A stretch of DNA of 42,061 bases from Chiloscyllium plagiosum (Eukaryota), in assembly GCF_004010195.1 (NCBI RefSeq), contig NC_057717.1:107228585-107270645 (forward strand), written 5' to 3'. The stretch's first letter is position 1. Each line of letters starts with the position of its first letter. Under the pieces are notes generated by a model, which searched no databases, was not told the DNA's origin, and saw nothing but the letters and a program-made list of their open reading frames with translations. Shown piece by piece: positions 24,110 to 36,110 of the stretch. The position numbers and the translations under genes are program-made.

Positions 24110-24280
24110 CGTGGTGATGAGGGTGCAGGAAGAGTGTAGTAAGGGTGCAGCAAAGGGTACAGCAAAGGGTACAGTAAAATCAGAGTATGGAAGCAATATG
24201 GGTGCAATAAGAGCTCAGTAAGGATGTAGTAAAAATGAGATAAGGATGTGTTGAGAGTGAAGTAAGGGTGCAGATAGAGT
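24110..24280 (+). repeat. Degenerate 11-12 bp minisatellite (AAGGGTGCAGT-like)
   Basis: Repeated AAGGGT(G/A)CAG units; similar units resume at 25515-25620. Confidence 0.6.
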
Positions 24281-24289
24281 GATCTAAGT

Positions 24290-25520
24290 TTTGTTTTATA
24301 TTCATTCATGGGATGTTGTCACCACTGGGTCAGCATTCATTGTCCGTCCCTAATTCCCTTGAGAAGGTGGTAATAGTTGGGAGTAAATGTTTGTGGATGT
24401 GGTGCTAATCAAGTAAGTTGTTTCTTTTTCTGGATGGTGTCAAGCTTCTTCAGTGCTGTTGGAGCTGCACTCAACCAGGCAGGTCAGGAGTATTCCAGCA
24501 CACTCCTTGTCTGTGCCTTGAAGACAGTGGACAGGTTTTGGGAGTCAGGAGGTCAGTTCAGATCATAGAATCCCTACACGTTGGAAACAGGCCATTTGGC
24601 CCAATAAGTCCACACTGATCCTTCAAAGAATAACCCACCCAGACCCATTCCCTCCTATTATTCTACAACTCTCCTGAATGATGCACCTAACCTACATATA
24701 CCTGAACACTATGAATAATTTATCATAGCCAATTCACCTAACCTGCACATCTTTGGACTATGGGTGGAAACCCACACAGACATGGGGAGAAATGTGCAAA
24801 CGCCACACGTACAGTCACCTAAGACTGGAATCGAACTTGGGTCCCTGGCGCTGGGAGGCAGCAGTGCTAACCATTGAGCCACCATGCTGCTCCACAGACA
24901 TACGCTGCAGGATTCCCAGATTCTGATCTTGTAGCCAAAGGAATCAGATAGCTAATCCAGTTCAGATTCTGGTCAACAGTTACCCGCAAGATTTTCTTAG
25001 TGGGGATTATATTATTGTAATGTAATTGAAAGTTGAGGTGCAATGATCAAAGTATGTTGAGGATGATCGTTGCCATTTGTGTGGCACGAACAATACCTCA
25101 CACAAGCATGGATATCATCCAGGTCTGAACTGCATTTAGCCATGGACTGCTTCGGTATCTGAGGAGTTGTGAATGGTACAAAATATATTGTGCAATCTTC
25201 AGCAAACATCCCAACCTCTGATCTTTTGATTGAGGGAAGATCTTTAATGAAGCAGCTGCAGATGATTGGGCCTAGACACTATCCTGAGGAACTCCTGAAG
25301 TAATGTCCTGTAGTTAATGTGACTGACTTCCAACAACCACAATCATCTTCTTTTGTTCTAGTTTTGACTCTAACCAACAGAGAGATTTCCCCGATTCCTA
25401 CTGCCTCTAATTTTTCTAGGGTTCCTTGATGACATAGCTGGTCAAATATGGCTTTGGTGCCAAGGACAGTTATTCTCACTGAAAAGAGGTCAGATCTTTT
25501 GTTGATGTTTGAACCAAGGC
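24290..25520 (-). mobile_element. Decayed LINE of the same family as 357-3655 (3' part)
   Basis: Tail TTCATTCATGGGATG..CCCTAATTCCCTTGAG; minus-strand GMFAEDCTI and GVPQDSV remnants. Confidence 0.75.
24563..24890 (-). mobile_element. HE1-related SINE nested in the LINE
   Basis: HE1 head and core on the minus strand with a variant tail. Confidence 0.85.
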
Positions 25521-26407
25521 TGCAGTGAGGTCATGTCAGTTAGAATACAGTTAGGAAGCAGTTAGAATGCAGTTAGGTTGCAATAGAAATGCAGCAAGGG
25601 TGCAGTATAAATGTAGCATGTATGTCATTGTCATTACCAACCCTTGGATCTGTGTTACTATATGTATGGAGATCAGGTGAGGAAAAGATAAAATTAATTG
25701 TCTCATGGTCATGGCAATATACAATATATAATTCACACTCGAATGTCAACTTTGGTGAAATATCATAGAACCCACGAAACTGTTCCTTGTATGAACCAAC
25801 ATGTTGAGGAAAGTAAGACAGAAAATCCTGGTGAGTGGGGAGGTGGTACGGGTGAGGTAAACATTGATAATCCAGAGTTGATTATTAGGAAAGAACAGTC
25901 AATATATGTAATGCTTTAACTGTAGGTGGAAGGGAGTTACTGAGTCACCAATAACACATTTACATTGCTTCAGCTTCCCATCAGTCTTACAGTTATGCTG
26001 GTATCACAATGAAGTCTTGATGACTTGATTAGGTTTCTCCCTCCCACCCATCTATTACTTCATTTCTACGCAACGGCTGACAAGGACCATCTGTCCTCGG
26101 CACCAGTATCTTAACGCTCATTCACACAGACAGGCAATAAAACAGAGCTGTGCTGCTGGGAGTCTCCATTTAAACAGGCTTTAAAGTCCACTCTGCTAGA
26201 AATTGCTTTTAAACAGAATCAGAACATTCACTCGGCCATGTTTGTGAATATGGAACTGAAAAGTCACAATTCTAAACTTTTTTTCCCCTTTTCTCATTCA
26301 TTTTCTATTTTGTTCCTGTCTTTTCAGTCAGATTGCCTGCATATCTGAATTCAGAAAACCTTCGTTTAATCTGGACATTTTCTAAAAGTGTGCTTACAAT
26401 GTGGATT

Positions 26408-26500
26408 TTTGTGACACAATGGTAGTATCCCTACCTCTGGGCCAGGAGGCTGAGGTTCATGTCTCACCTACTCCAGAGGTGTGCAATAACATCTCTGAAT
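26408..26500 (+). mobile_element. tRNA-like SINE head fragment
   Basis: GTGACACAATGGTAG (A-box-like) followed by GGTTCATGTC (B-box-like). Confidence 0.45.
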
Positions 26501-27187
26501 AGCGTGCTAAGAAAATATCTACCGATAATGTCCAATATTGTTGGCAGCGGATATCTAACATTCTGGGAGCTAAGCTCCTGGAGACTGGACAAAACCATGG
26601 TTTTTGCACCTTCAATGAAAATGACTGAGTTCAGCAAGGGAAGGGGGGAAGGGGCTGTGGCATGGGTAGAAAAGCAGGTAAGGGCAGGAGTGGAGGTAAT
26701 TCCTCCACCTGCTCCACTTTCCAATATCATCTTTAGGAGTGCTGTGGACTCGTGGATAGCAGAAACATCAACTGCCATAACGAATATAGGGCCTGCCAGA
26801 TCAAAGGGAGGAGCAGAACACTTCATTTACACCAATAAATTTTTCAGCTTGCAGAACCACCATCCCACCAAGAAAACAGTAAAGAGCTTTCAGTCCCAAC
26901 AGTCCGTAGATACCCCAGAAATACTGCTGTGGTACTTGTCCCCAATAACTCCACCCCAAGGGTTACTGCAGGGTCACAGTAAGTTGGGGTAACTTCTGCC
27001 TCACCACTCTTGCGAGAATTCCTTTCTACATTTGAAACATGGAAGAAATATGCTTTGACAAAAAAGCTGTGGTTTTAAAACATTTTATTTCACTTTGTCT
27101 ATGTTCCCTAAAGCAGTTGCTTGAATTATTAATATTTTGAAAATATTTTCATCATCATTTTCATCCATTCTTCAATCAACATCAGAA

Positions 27188-27637
27188 AGTTTCGTCTGCA
27201 TATCCACCAATGTCATTTACTGTATCCGTTGCTCCTGATGCGGTCTCCTATACATTGGGGAGACTGGACACCTCCTCGCAGAGCACTTTAGGGAACATCT
27301 CCAGGACACCCGCACCAATCAACCCAATCTCCCCGTCCCACTCTGCTGAGGACATGCAGATCCTGGGCCTCCTCTGCCGCCACTCCCTCATCGCCCGACG
27401 CCTGGAGGAAGAATGCCTCATCTTTCTCCTCGGAACACTTCAACCCCATGACATCAATGTGGACTTCACCAGTTTCCTCATTTCCCCTCCCCCACCTTAC
27501 CTCAGGTCCAACCTTCCAGCTCCGCACCATCCTCATCATTCCTGATGAAGGGCTTTTGCCCAAAACGTTGATTTTCCTGCTCCTTGGATGCTGCCTAACC
27601 TGCAGTGCTTTTCCAGCACCATTCTAATCTTGACTCT
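27188..27637 (+). mobile_element. 5'-truncated Penelope-like element: GIY-YIG endonuclease remnant + family A hammerhead-bearing end
   Basis: NVIYCIRCS*CGLLYIGETG...EHFREHL from 27209; RRLEEECLIFLLGTLQPHDINVDF; CTGATGA-A-GGGC-TTTT-GCCC-AAAA-CG-TT at 27542. Perfect 14-bp TSD AATCAACATCAGAA at 27174-27187 and 27638-27651. Confidence 0.92.
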
Positions 27638-27689
27638 AATCAACATCAGAATCCAAGCCCTTCTTCTTTGGTACCCTTGGCCCATCAAA

Positions 27690-27852
27690 GTCAGAAGTTG
27701 CACAACATGAGATTATAGTTCAACAGGTTCATTTGAAATCACAAGTTTTTGGAGCACTGCTCCTTCATCAATTCACCTGACGAAGGGGCTGCGCTCTGAA
27801 AGCTTGTGACTTCAAATAAACCTGTTCATCGATAAACTGGTGTCGTGTGACT
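27690..27852. mobile_element. Family B-variant fold-back element
   Basis: Diverged inverted arms of ~75 bp meeting near 27771. Confidence 0.8.
27773..27809 (+). ncRNA. Minimal type I hammerhead ribozyme motif (intact core)
   Basis: TCAC-CTGACGA-A-GGGG-CTGCG-CTCT-GAAA-GC-TT-GTGA: 4-bp stem I and a stem II with G-U pairs. Confidence 0.7.
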
Positions 27853-28544
27853 AGTGAATTATCCACCACAGTCCCCATATCTTGACCCATCAACACACTT
27901 AACCTAACTTCTTGTTCCTTTCTTTGTAATCCTATCCCTACTGCTTTTATTCTCACCACTGTCATACTGCTCGTCCATTGGGGAATTATAGTGCCTCTTC
28001 TGTTGCCCTACATTCTCTTAATATTAATTAAAGGAAAGGGGCAGACAGAAACATAAGCTAGTAACTGCATAAAGGATTCACTAAAACATGTTCCAGCACA
28101 ACTTCAACTCTCATTAATGAGTGACAAGTTAAAAAGCACAAACTGCATTATCTATTAGTTGATTCCTGTTACACCATGGTTTGGTTCCTGTGTGCAGGTT
28201 TAGGAAACCGCATTCTTGGTTTGAAATGCGGAAACAACATTTGGCAACAACAGAAAGTCTTAGAAAGAACAGCAGCTTCAAGAAAATCAGCACATTCCTC
28301 TCCCTTTGAACTTTAACAGGTCTGAAAAAAATGTTCAGTTATATTTGAGATCTACTCAGCTGCCAGCCTTTGCAACAAAAATTGATTAAGCTGTGATAAT
28401 TAGCAGTAATTAATTAATGCTTATTCAGCTAATTTACTTGGATTCCATACAAATTCCATGTTACTCCACTAAATTACACCTAATCATCCCTGTTTGAGTT
28501 TAAAAGAACCCCAAACTGCAAAGCTCCGTGGCTCACAAACTAAT

Positions 28545-29962
28545 ATAGAACATAGAACAATACAGCACAGAACAGGCCCTTCGGCCCACGATGTTGTGCC
28601 GAACATTTGTCCTAGCTTAAGCACCTATCCATGTACCTATCCAATTGCCGCTTAAAGGTCGCCAATGATTCTGACTCTGCCACTCCNNNNNNNNNNNNNN
28701 NNNNNNNNNNNNNNNNNNNNNNNNNNNNNNNNNNNNNNNNNNNNNNNNNNNNNNNNNNNNNNNNNNNNNNNNNNNNNNNNNNNNNNNNNNNNNNNNNNNN
28801 NNNNNNNNNNNNNNNNNNNNNNNNNNNNNNNNNNNNNNNNNNNNNNNNNNNNNNNNNNNNNNNNNNNNNNNNNNNNNNNNNNNNNNNNNNNNNNNNNNNN
28901 NNNNNNNNNNNNNNNNNNNNNNNNNNNNNNNNNNNNNNNNNNNNNNNNNNNNNNNNNNNNNNNNNNNNNNNNNNNNNNNNNNNNNNNNNNNNNNNNNNNN
29001 NNNNNNNNNNNNNNNNNNNNNNNNNNNNNNNNNNNNNNNNNNNNNNNNNNNNNNNNNNNNNNNNNNNNNNNNNNNNNNNNNNNNNNNNNNNNNNNNNNNN
29101 NNNNNNNNNNNNNNNNNNNNNNNNNNNNNNNNNNNNNNNNNNNNNNNNNNNNNNNNNNNNNNNNNNNNNNNNNNNNNNNNNNNNNNNNNNNNNNNNNNNN
29201 NNNNNNNNNNNNNNNNNNNNNNNNNNNNNNNNNNNNNNNNNNNNNNNNNNNNNNNNNNNNNNNNNNNNNNNNNNNNNNNNNNNNNNNNNNNNNNNNNNNN
29301 NNNNNNNNNNNNNNNNNNNNNNNNNNNNNNNNNNNNNNNNNNNNNNNNNNNNNNNNNNNNNNNNNNNNNNNNNNNNNNNNNNNNNNNNNNNNNNNNNNNN
29401 NNNNNNNNNNNNNNNNNNNNNNNNNNNNNNNNNNNNNNNNNNNNNNNNNNNNNNNNNNNNNNNNNNNNNNNNNNNNNNNNNNNNNNNNNNNNNNNNNNNN
29501 NNNNNNNNNNNNNNNNNNNNNNNNNNNNNNNNNNNNNNNNNNNNNNNNNNNNNNNNNNNNNNNNNNNNNNNNNNNNNNNNNNNNNNNNNNNNNNNNNNNN
29601 NNNNNNNNCAGATATTCATAAATCCTATCCCTCAGTACCCTTTCCATTACTTTGCCTACCACAGAAGTAAGACTAACAGGCCTGTAATTCCCGGGGTTAT
29701 CCCTATTCCCTTTTTTGAACAGGGGCACAACATTCGCTACTCTCCAGTCCCCTGGTACCACCCCTGTTGACAGTGAAGACGAAAAGATCATTGCCAATGG
29801 TAGTGCAATTTCCTCTCTTGCTTCCCACATAATCCTAGGATATATCCCTTCAGGCCCGGGGGACTTGTCTATCCTCAAGTTATTCAAAATGTCCAACACA
29901 TCTTCCTTCCTAACAAGTATCTCCTCTAGCTTACCAGTCTGTTTCACACTCTCCTCTTCAAC
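28545..29962 (-). mobile_element. Young CR1 LINE spanning an assembly gap
   Basis: 3' UTR (ATAGAAC)n at 28545. DKSPGPEGIYPRIM...GNYRPVSLTSVVGK lies right of the gap in the same orientation. Confidence 0.85.
28687..29608. other. Assembly gap (922 N)
   Basis: Run of N. Confidence 1.
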
Positions 29963-30455
29963 AATTCAATCACAATTCAAAATATTATAACATCACACAA
30001 CACTCATAACAGAAACAGCCTACTGTCTGACAGCTGGGTTCAAATTCAGACCAAACTCATTGGATGAGAATCTCTATAAACTCAGTTCAGATAGCCTTAG
30101 TGAACAGTTGACTGTAAACAAAAGATCTTTAATGAGGAAAAAGCTATCCTTCAGGATTGTCCTGAAATCTCTGGGAAGTCAAGAACATCAAGAGATAGGA
30201 GGAGGTGATGACCATTCAAAACAATTATGTTGGATCTCAGTCTTAGATAAATGTGAGGTGCTGTATTTTGGAAAGGCAAATCATGGGCAGGATTTATACA
30301 ATTAATGGTAAAGTCCTGGGGAGTGTTGCTGAACAAAGTGACCTTGGAGTTCAGGTTCATAGTTCCTTGAAAGTGGAATCGCAGGTTGATAGGATAGTGA
30401 AGAAGGCGTTTGGTATGCTTTCCCCTCTTTGTCAGTGCATTGAGTATAGAAGTTT

Positions 30456-30769
30456 GGGGTGGCACGGTGGCTCAGTGGTTAGCACTGCAGCCTTACAGCA
30501 CCAGGGACCTGGGTTCGATTCAAGCCTCGGGCAACTGTCTGTGTGAGTTTGCACATTCTCCCCGTGTCTGTGTGGGTTTTCTCCGGGTGCTCCGGTTTCC
30601 TCCCACAGTCCAAAAGATGTGCATGTCAGGTAGATTGGCCATGCTAAGTTGCCCATAGTGTTAGGTGCATTAGTCAGAGGGAAATGGGGCTGAGTGGGTT
30701 ACTCTTTGGAGGGTTGGTGTGGACTTGTTGGGCCAAAGAGCCTGTTTCTACACTGTAGGGAGTCTAATC
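30456..30769 (+). mobile_element. HE1-type SINE (older subfamily) inserted in CR1
   Basis: Full head, core and tail; AGAAGTT..GG duplicated on both sides. Confidence 0.9.
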
Positions 30770-31097
30770 AGAAGTTGGGCTGTACAGGACATCGGTTCGA
30801 GCACTTTTGGAACATTGTGTGCAATTCTGGTCTCCCTGCTACAGGAAAAGACGTTGTGAAACCTTAAAGGATTCAGAAAAGATTTACAAATATGTTACCA
30901 CGGTTGGAGAGTTTGAGCTGAATAGGATGGAGCTATTTTCACTGGTGCATCAGAGGCTGAGGGGTGACCTCATAGAAGTTTGTAAAATCATGACGGGCAT
31001 GGATAGGATAAATAGACAAGGTCTTTTCCCTGGGTTGGGGAGTCCAAAACTATACTGCATAGGTTTATCGTGAGAGGGGAATGATTTAAAAGGGACC

Positions 31098-31806
31098 TGT
31101 TATGACACGGGGTAAACCCCTCTGCTAATTTAAAACCAGCAACGCAGAAAAGATTTATCCTGTGCAGTAATCTGTGAAAATTCGATCGGCCAAGAACTAG
31201 TTAAAGTATAAATTAACAACTTTATTTCTTAAAATATAACAGAGAATAATTAACTAACAACTATTTACAATTCCTTCCTCTAACCTATCTTTTACTTTCC
31301 CCTCTCCAATACTAATCCAATAAAACCCCCCAATTAAAATGTATAAAACAAAACTTCTTATCTCAAAACCAGGCAGCTTTCAGTTTTCTCTGAATTCCTG
31401 TCTTCTTCTTGCGGATTCTGCTTCAGAGGTTACTGATCGATAAAGGTAGCTTCTAAGAGAGCTGTTTTTCAGGCAGTCTTTTTACATGCTGGTGGCTTGC
31501 CAGTTCTCCTCTCAACTGTTCAATTTTCCCTGGTCTTATACCCCCCAAAGCATCGGATTGTGTCATTGGCTTTTAATATTGTCAATATGCTAAATTCAAA
31601 CTTGATTGGAGTTTGGTATTTTTTGGGGTATAATTTAAACTAATTGGCCTAATTTGAATCTGTTTTGTCAATTCCAGGTAACCAACTAATCAAGTTGCTC
31701 GATCAAATGTTACATTACATTTTTGTTTCAGAAGATTTGGTTCTGTCAGGTAGTTCTGTTGCTTTTAACTCTCTTAAAGGTACACTACACCCACAACTTC
31801 AAAACA
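31098..31806 (-). mobile_element. Solo LTR, same family as 3887-4561
   Basis: Termini TGTTATGA...TCAAAACA. Exact TSD GGACC at 31093-31097 and 31807-31811. Minus-strand TATAA near 31536-31540 and AATAAA at 31221-31226. Confidence 0.9.
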
Positions 31807-32199
31807 GGACCTACGGGGCAACATTTTCACGGAGACGGTGATGCATGTTTGGAATGAGTTGCCACAGGAAGCGATGGAGGCTGGTACAATTACAACATTT
31901 ATAAGGCATGAATAGGAAGGGTGTTGAGGGTTATGGGCGAAATGCTGGCCAATGGGACTAGATTAATTTTGGATATCTGGTCAGCCTGTACAGGTTGGAT
32001 GAAAGGGTCTGTTTCCATGCTGGCATCTCTATGACTCAATGGTCTTCACTTTCCTGGCTGCTTCCCATACCCCTTTGATTGTCTGAGAGACCAAATTCTA
32101 CCTCAATCTTAAAATACATTTAATGATAGAAAGATTCATATCTGAGCATAACCTTGAGTTTTCAGGAATAAAAGCTGTCATGGTATTAAAAACATTTTC

Positions 32200-32535
32200 T
32201 TCTTGTTCATGAGATATAGGTGTCACTGGATAGGTCAGCACTTCATTTTCCACAGAACAATTAAGAATCAACCACATTGCTGAGAGTTTGGAATTGCATG
32301 TAGGCCAAACCAGTTGAAGACAGCATATTTCATTCCCAAAAGTACATTAGTGAATCAGATGGGCATTACGACAATCAAAGCCTAAATGGTCATTTTTGGA
32401 CCAGCTTTTTATGCTAGATTTTTACTAAATTCACATTTCACCGTCTCCACATTGGCATTCAAACTGATATTCCCAGAATATTAGCTTCAGGATCTGGATT
32501 ACCGGTCCAATGGAATTACCTCTAAATCACTGCCT
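32200..32535 (-). mobile_element. tRNA-like SINE sharing head and tail with the 357-3655 LINE
   Basis: Reverse complement aligns by eye to 357-705 and then to 3608-3650. Confidence 0.65.
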
Positions 32536-32542
32536 TGCTTAG

Positions 32543-32592
32543 CTAATTAATTATTTTTTAATTAATTAATTAATTAATTATTAATTTTTTAT
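32543..32592. repeat. (TAAT)n AT-only simple repeat
   Basis: Tandem TAATTAAT units. Confidence 0.85.
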
Positions 32593-32961
32593 TCACTTCA
32601 ACACTTTTGTTTAGTTGCTATTGCAGGTAGGGAGAAAGGCTGTTTGAGTGATTAGGAATTCTGTACTATCAGGTGCTGAAACCCCTAGTTTTATGTTGAA
32701 TTAGAGATGTCAAACCGATCCTTAACCTCACTCAGACAGGCTGTTATGTGGTTACAAAACTGAATAAAAAATGTAGAAACACAGTTCAAATCCACCATAG
32801 CAGTTGAAAAATTTTTAAATCCAGAATTAAAAAGCAACTATCAAAGTAAAGGCTTGGAGTCTTGCCAAACTATGTTGATTCTGGATCCTTTAAAATGGTG
32901 CTTCCAGGATACCCACCCCAATTTCTGGATTTCTGATTTTCAGGAATGCCTTTTAAAGCCC

Positions 32962-33051
32962 TTTTGAAGAAGGGCTTATGCCCGAAACGTCGATTCTCCT
33001 GTTCCCTGGATGCTGCCTGACCTGCTGCGCTTTTCCAGCAACACATTTTCA
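32962..33051 (+). mobile_element. Family A single-arm insertion starting at the hammerhead core
   Basis: TTGAAGA-A-GGGC-TTAT-GCCC-GAAA-CG-TC with C3 absent. 10-bp TSD CCTTTTAAAG at 32949-32958 and 33052-33061. Confidence 0.85.
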
Positions 33052-33323
33052 CCTTTTAAAGTCGGCAGGTTGGTGTTGGTCATGAGCCCACAGCTGGCAC
33101 TCCTGACCTGGTTGTCTCTAGTGCAATGACAGGTATATCCTAGTCCTTCACAATTTTCACAATCTGATCAAAGTTTCAATGGTTCATGGCTCAGGAGTCT
33201 TGTGAATCATGGGACCCCATTTATATTCCTGGGTTCAGTGCACAGAAGCAGAAGAAGGTTTGACTCCATGAACTACCCACCTTTAAACATAGTCAACTGC
33301 ACTTCCAATTTATGCTTCAGAGT

Positions 33324-34593
33324 TGTGGCCTGGTTTGGGAATCAGGCTGGATGACCCAGGGAGAGCCAGTTCCCAAGGAGACCTAGCTTGAAAGCTTGCC
33401 TCAGGGTTCCATGTCTTCAGGATATCAAACTAATAAGACCCAATTAACAGAGAACTTGAAGAGTTAAGGTCAAAATGGCAGTACATTCTGTAAAGACTAC
33501 ATTATTTTGGATTGTGACCCAACTCAGAAAAAGGACTGCTTTAAATAAAGGACTGTGGAAGAAGCTGTTGCACTTTGAAAGCAAATTACTAGTAAGCATT
33601 CCGAGTTGGGTTTACACTGTTGGTTTGAAATAAGTCGTGAGACAAAGAGGTTTAAGATACCATGACATTATGTACATGCAGAAAAAGCTCTGCTCAGAGA
33701 CAGATTGGTTTGTGCAATGAGACCAGTGTGGATGCCAGCAATCATCAGCTGAACAACTCTGATTAGCTCCTGGGCAGATGAACAGTGTGTGTGCATGATC
33801 AAAACAGAGGTGGAAGCCTCCAGATTCCAATAGGGGAAAGATCTCGCTGTTTCTCTCTCTGCAGTAAAATAGCCAAAATCTAGATGATCACAAGCAATTC
33901 TCTTCCATCGGCTGCTGTAAGCTGTTGTCTCCAACCAGTGATTGAAAAAAACTGAACCATTAGTGTGCCAGTTGCTTTAAGACTACAATAAAGAACTGAA
34001 AGAATTTGGAAAGAATGGAGATTGGAGATCAGAAAAATTTCAGAAGCAAAAGGGATGTCTCATCAAATCCCTTGCACTGGTTTCCCAGTAATATTATTTG
34101 TCTCTCTACGCATGACATCCATGTTTGCCTGTCCATGTCTGTATGTGTGTAAGTGTAGAGTTTATGAAGGGTGTTTGAGTTTCAGCTAGGAAAGTTATAT
34201 GTTGATAATTCACAGTTTTGCTTGCCTGTGGTTAGATTTGATTTCTGCATATTAAATAGCAGTTTCTTGTTAAGTACAAGGATCTGGTCAGTGTTTTCTA
34301 CCAACCTCAGTTCATCAGAGAAGAAAATTGGGGCTTTACCTTTTGTGATGATCCTGAAAGTAGTGGGGCTCAAGTATTACAGAGGAACCTCAATTATCCG
34401 GCATTTGATTAACTCAATTTCGGATTATCCGAACAAGATCGCAAGGTCCCAGTGCTTGGCTAATATGTTATCCTACACTCGATTATCCGGCATTTGATTA
34501 ACCGAGCGAAATACTCCCCATCCGTGTCCTTCAGATAATCAAGGTTCCTCTGGACTGGAAGAGAAAGATTGCTAATCACCACAGTAACCAACA
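33324..34593 (+). mobile_element. Possible LTR-like element
   Basis: Candidate TG...CA ends and ATTAAA at 34251. No TSD found and boundaries are uncertain. Confidence 0.25.
34380..34552. mobile_element. Tc1/mariner (Tigger/pogo-like) MITE
   Basis: TIRs CAGAGGAACCTCAATTATC and GATAATCAAGGTTCCTCTG; TA on the left, GA on the right. Internal direct repeat ATTATCCGGCATTTGATTAAC. Confidence 0.8.
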
Positions 34594-34829
34594 TCAAAAA
34601 TTAAATTTATGATCTAACAAAGTAGGTTGCACTTTGTGATCTGACTTATTTAGTATTATCATCATCTGGAAACATAATTGATGTCACTACTGGGGGGAAG
34701 AATCACTCTTATTGATAACAAGCAAGTCCATTCAGTGAAACTTCTTCAACTAGTTGTGGTGGAGTAGTTGGGCTGAGCCTAGGGCTCATCTGCTCTGAAT
34801 TGGCTCTCTTTCTTTGTTTTCGTTTGAGC

Positions 34830-35395
34830 CTGGAGAGTGACAGGTGAAGGAGGAGGCCTCCAGTGACAGTAGCAGCAACAACATCAGATGCGCTGGACAC
34901 AGCCCCACCCCAGCCCGGGGTCTCCTGGCGAGCAAGGAACAGTTCCCAGGCTGACTCTCTTGTCTGGACCCATAGGTTAGGCCGAGGCTCCAGGTGCACA
35001 TCTAGGCCCAGGCGCCTGAAGGTGAAGAAACAGTGGTCTTGGCACAGCGTGGCAGTGTCCTGAAGAGGTGGTCTTGTCCAAGTTGGAGGTCTTGTCCCAG
35101 CATGAAGGTCTTCTTTATCCAAGCATTCCAGGGGCCTGGCAGATGCTCATGACCTAGAATGGTGATCTCGTCCCAGCTGCATCTTATTCCAGTGTCCCTT
35201 AGCTGGTTTTCACTGAGCCAGGAGCAATTAACTGAACTATGAGGCACTTTGTCTTAATTTTACTTTTTTTTGTTATGATGTATGATGTCTGTCATTGATG
35301 GAGGAGCCATGGTGAAGCAAGTTATGAAATCTTTCACTGTATTTTTCATGTAGAAGTACAAGTGGCAATAAATTCCTATTCTATTCTAATCTATT
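34830..35395 (+). mobile_element. Unclassified retroposon with (TTCTA)n tail
   Basis: GC-rich body ending TTTCACTGTA...GTACAAGTGGCAATAAA(TTCTA)n. Confidence 0.45.
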
Positions 35396-36110
35396 CAAAC
35401 TAATCTTTTATGAAAGCAAACATTCCATTGAATGCCTAATCGCTAAGTTCTTAATTCCTTATGGAAATGTCTGTTTACATTCAATAACCAGTTGTAGTTG
35501 TGCATCAAAATGCTGACTTGATATGCACCCTGTTATGAAAATGACAGTTTGGGAAATCAGTCATGTAGCACCATTCCTTAATGGTTTTATGTAAACTTGA
35601 AATACCTAATGTTTCTTTTTTCCAATAATGCATTTTCTTGGCAGATTTCACAGTCCCAATGGGTTTATGCACTTTTATGCACAAATGTCTTTTCACAAAC
35701 CCTAACTTGCCCTACACCTACCAAAGATGTCCTGGTACTGGATCCAAATGAGAACAAGAACATTATAAAAAACACAAATATAATACATTCCTCCACCCCT
35801 CATCCCTCACAGTCCCATCAGCACCACACAATCCCCATTCCCCTCGCATGCCAATTCATACAACCTAACATCCTCTATACATTCCTATAACCTCCAATAG
35901 CCCCTATGCCCCACTACCCATTCTCCATGGTCCCTCATTCCCCCATTCTATCTTTGTCCCTACTTCAAACCACCACCTTTCCCCCTTCACCTACTATGCC
36001 AACTCATTGAATAGCTTCAAACACACAAACATAAGAGGGATAAAAAGTTTCATTACTAAAACTTTTATACTGCAGACTACACTCTATTGAGAAAAACAGT
36101 CTAATTCGAA

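Larger units (their letters stand above)
30240..32037 (+). mobile_element. 5'-truncated CR1 (HER1-like) LINE interrupted by a SINE and a solo LTR
   Basis: Same family as 10511-11605 (YTINGKVLGSVAEQSDLGVQVHSSLKVESQVDRIVKKAFG). Ends CATCTCTATGACTC. Confidence 0.92.

Noticed and set aside
28612..29947. Long ORFs of 318-431 aa
   Set aside because: Artefacts of translating through the N gap; the flanks are CR1 ORF2.
3887..31806. Single giant LTR element bounded by the two homologous LTRs
   Set aside because: Each LTR has its own distinct TSD and no gag/pol lies between them.
34290..34320. Other CTGATGA occurrences (1131, 14621, 22783, 40694, and minus-strand near 7208, 33742, 34312)
   Set aside because: No correctly placed stem II, GAAA and UH; several lie within LINE coding remnants.
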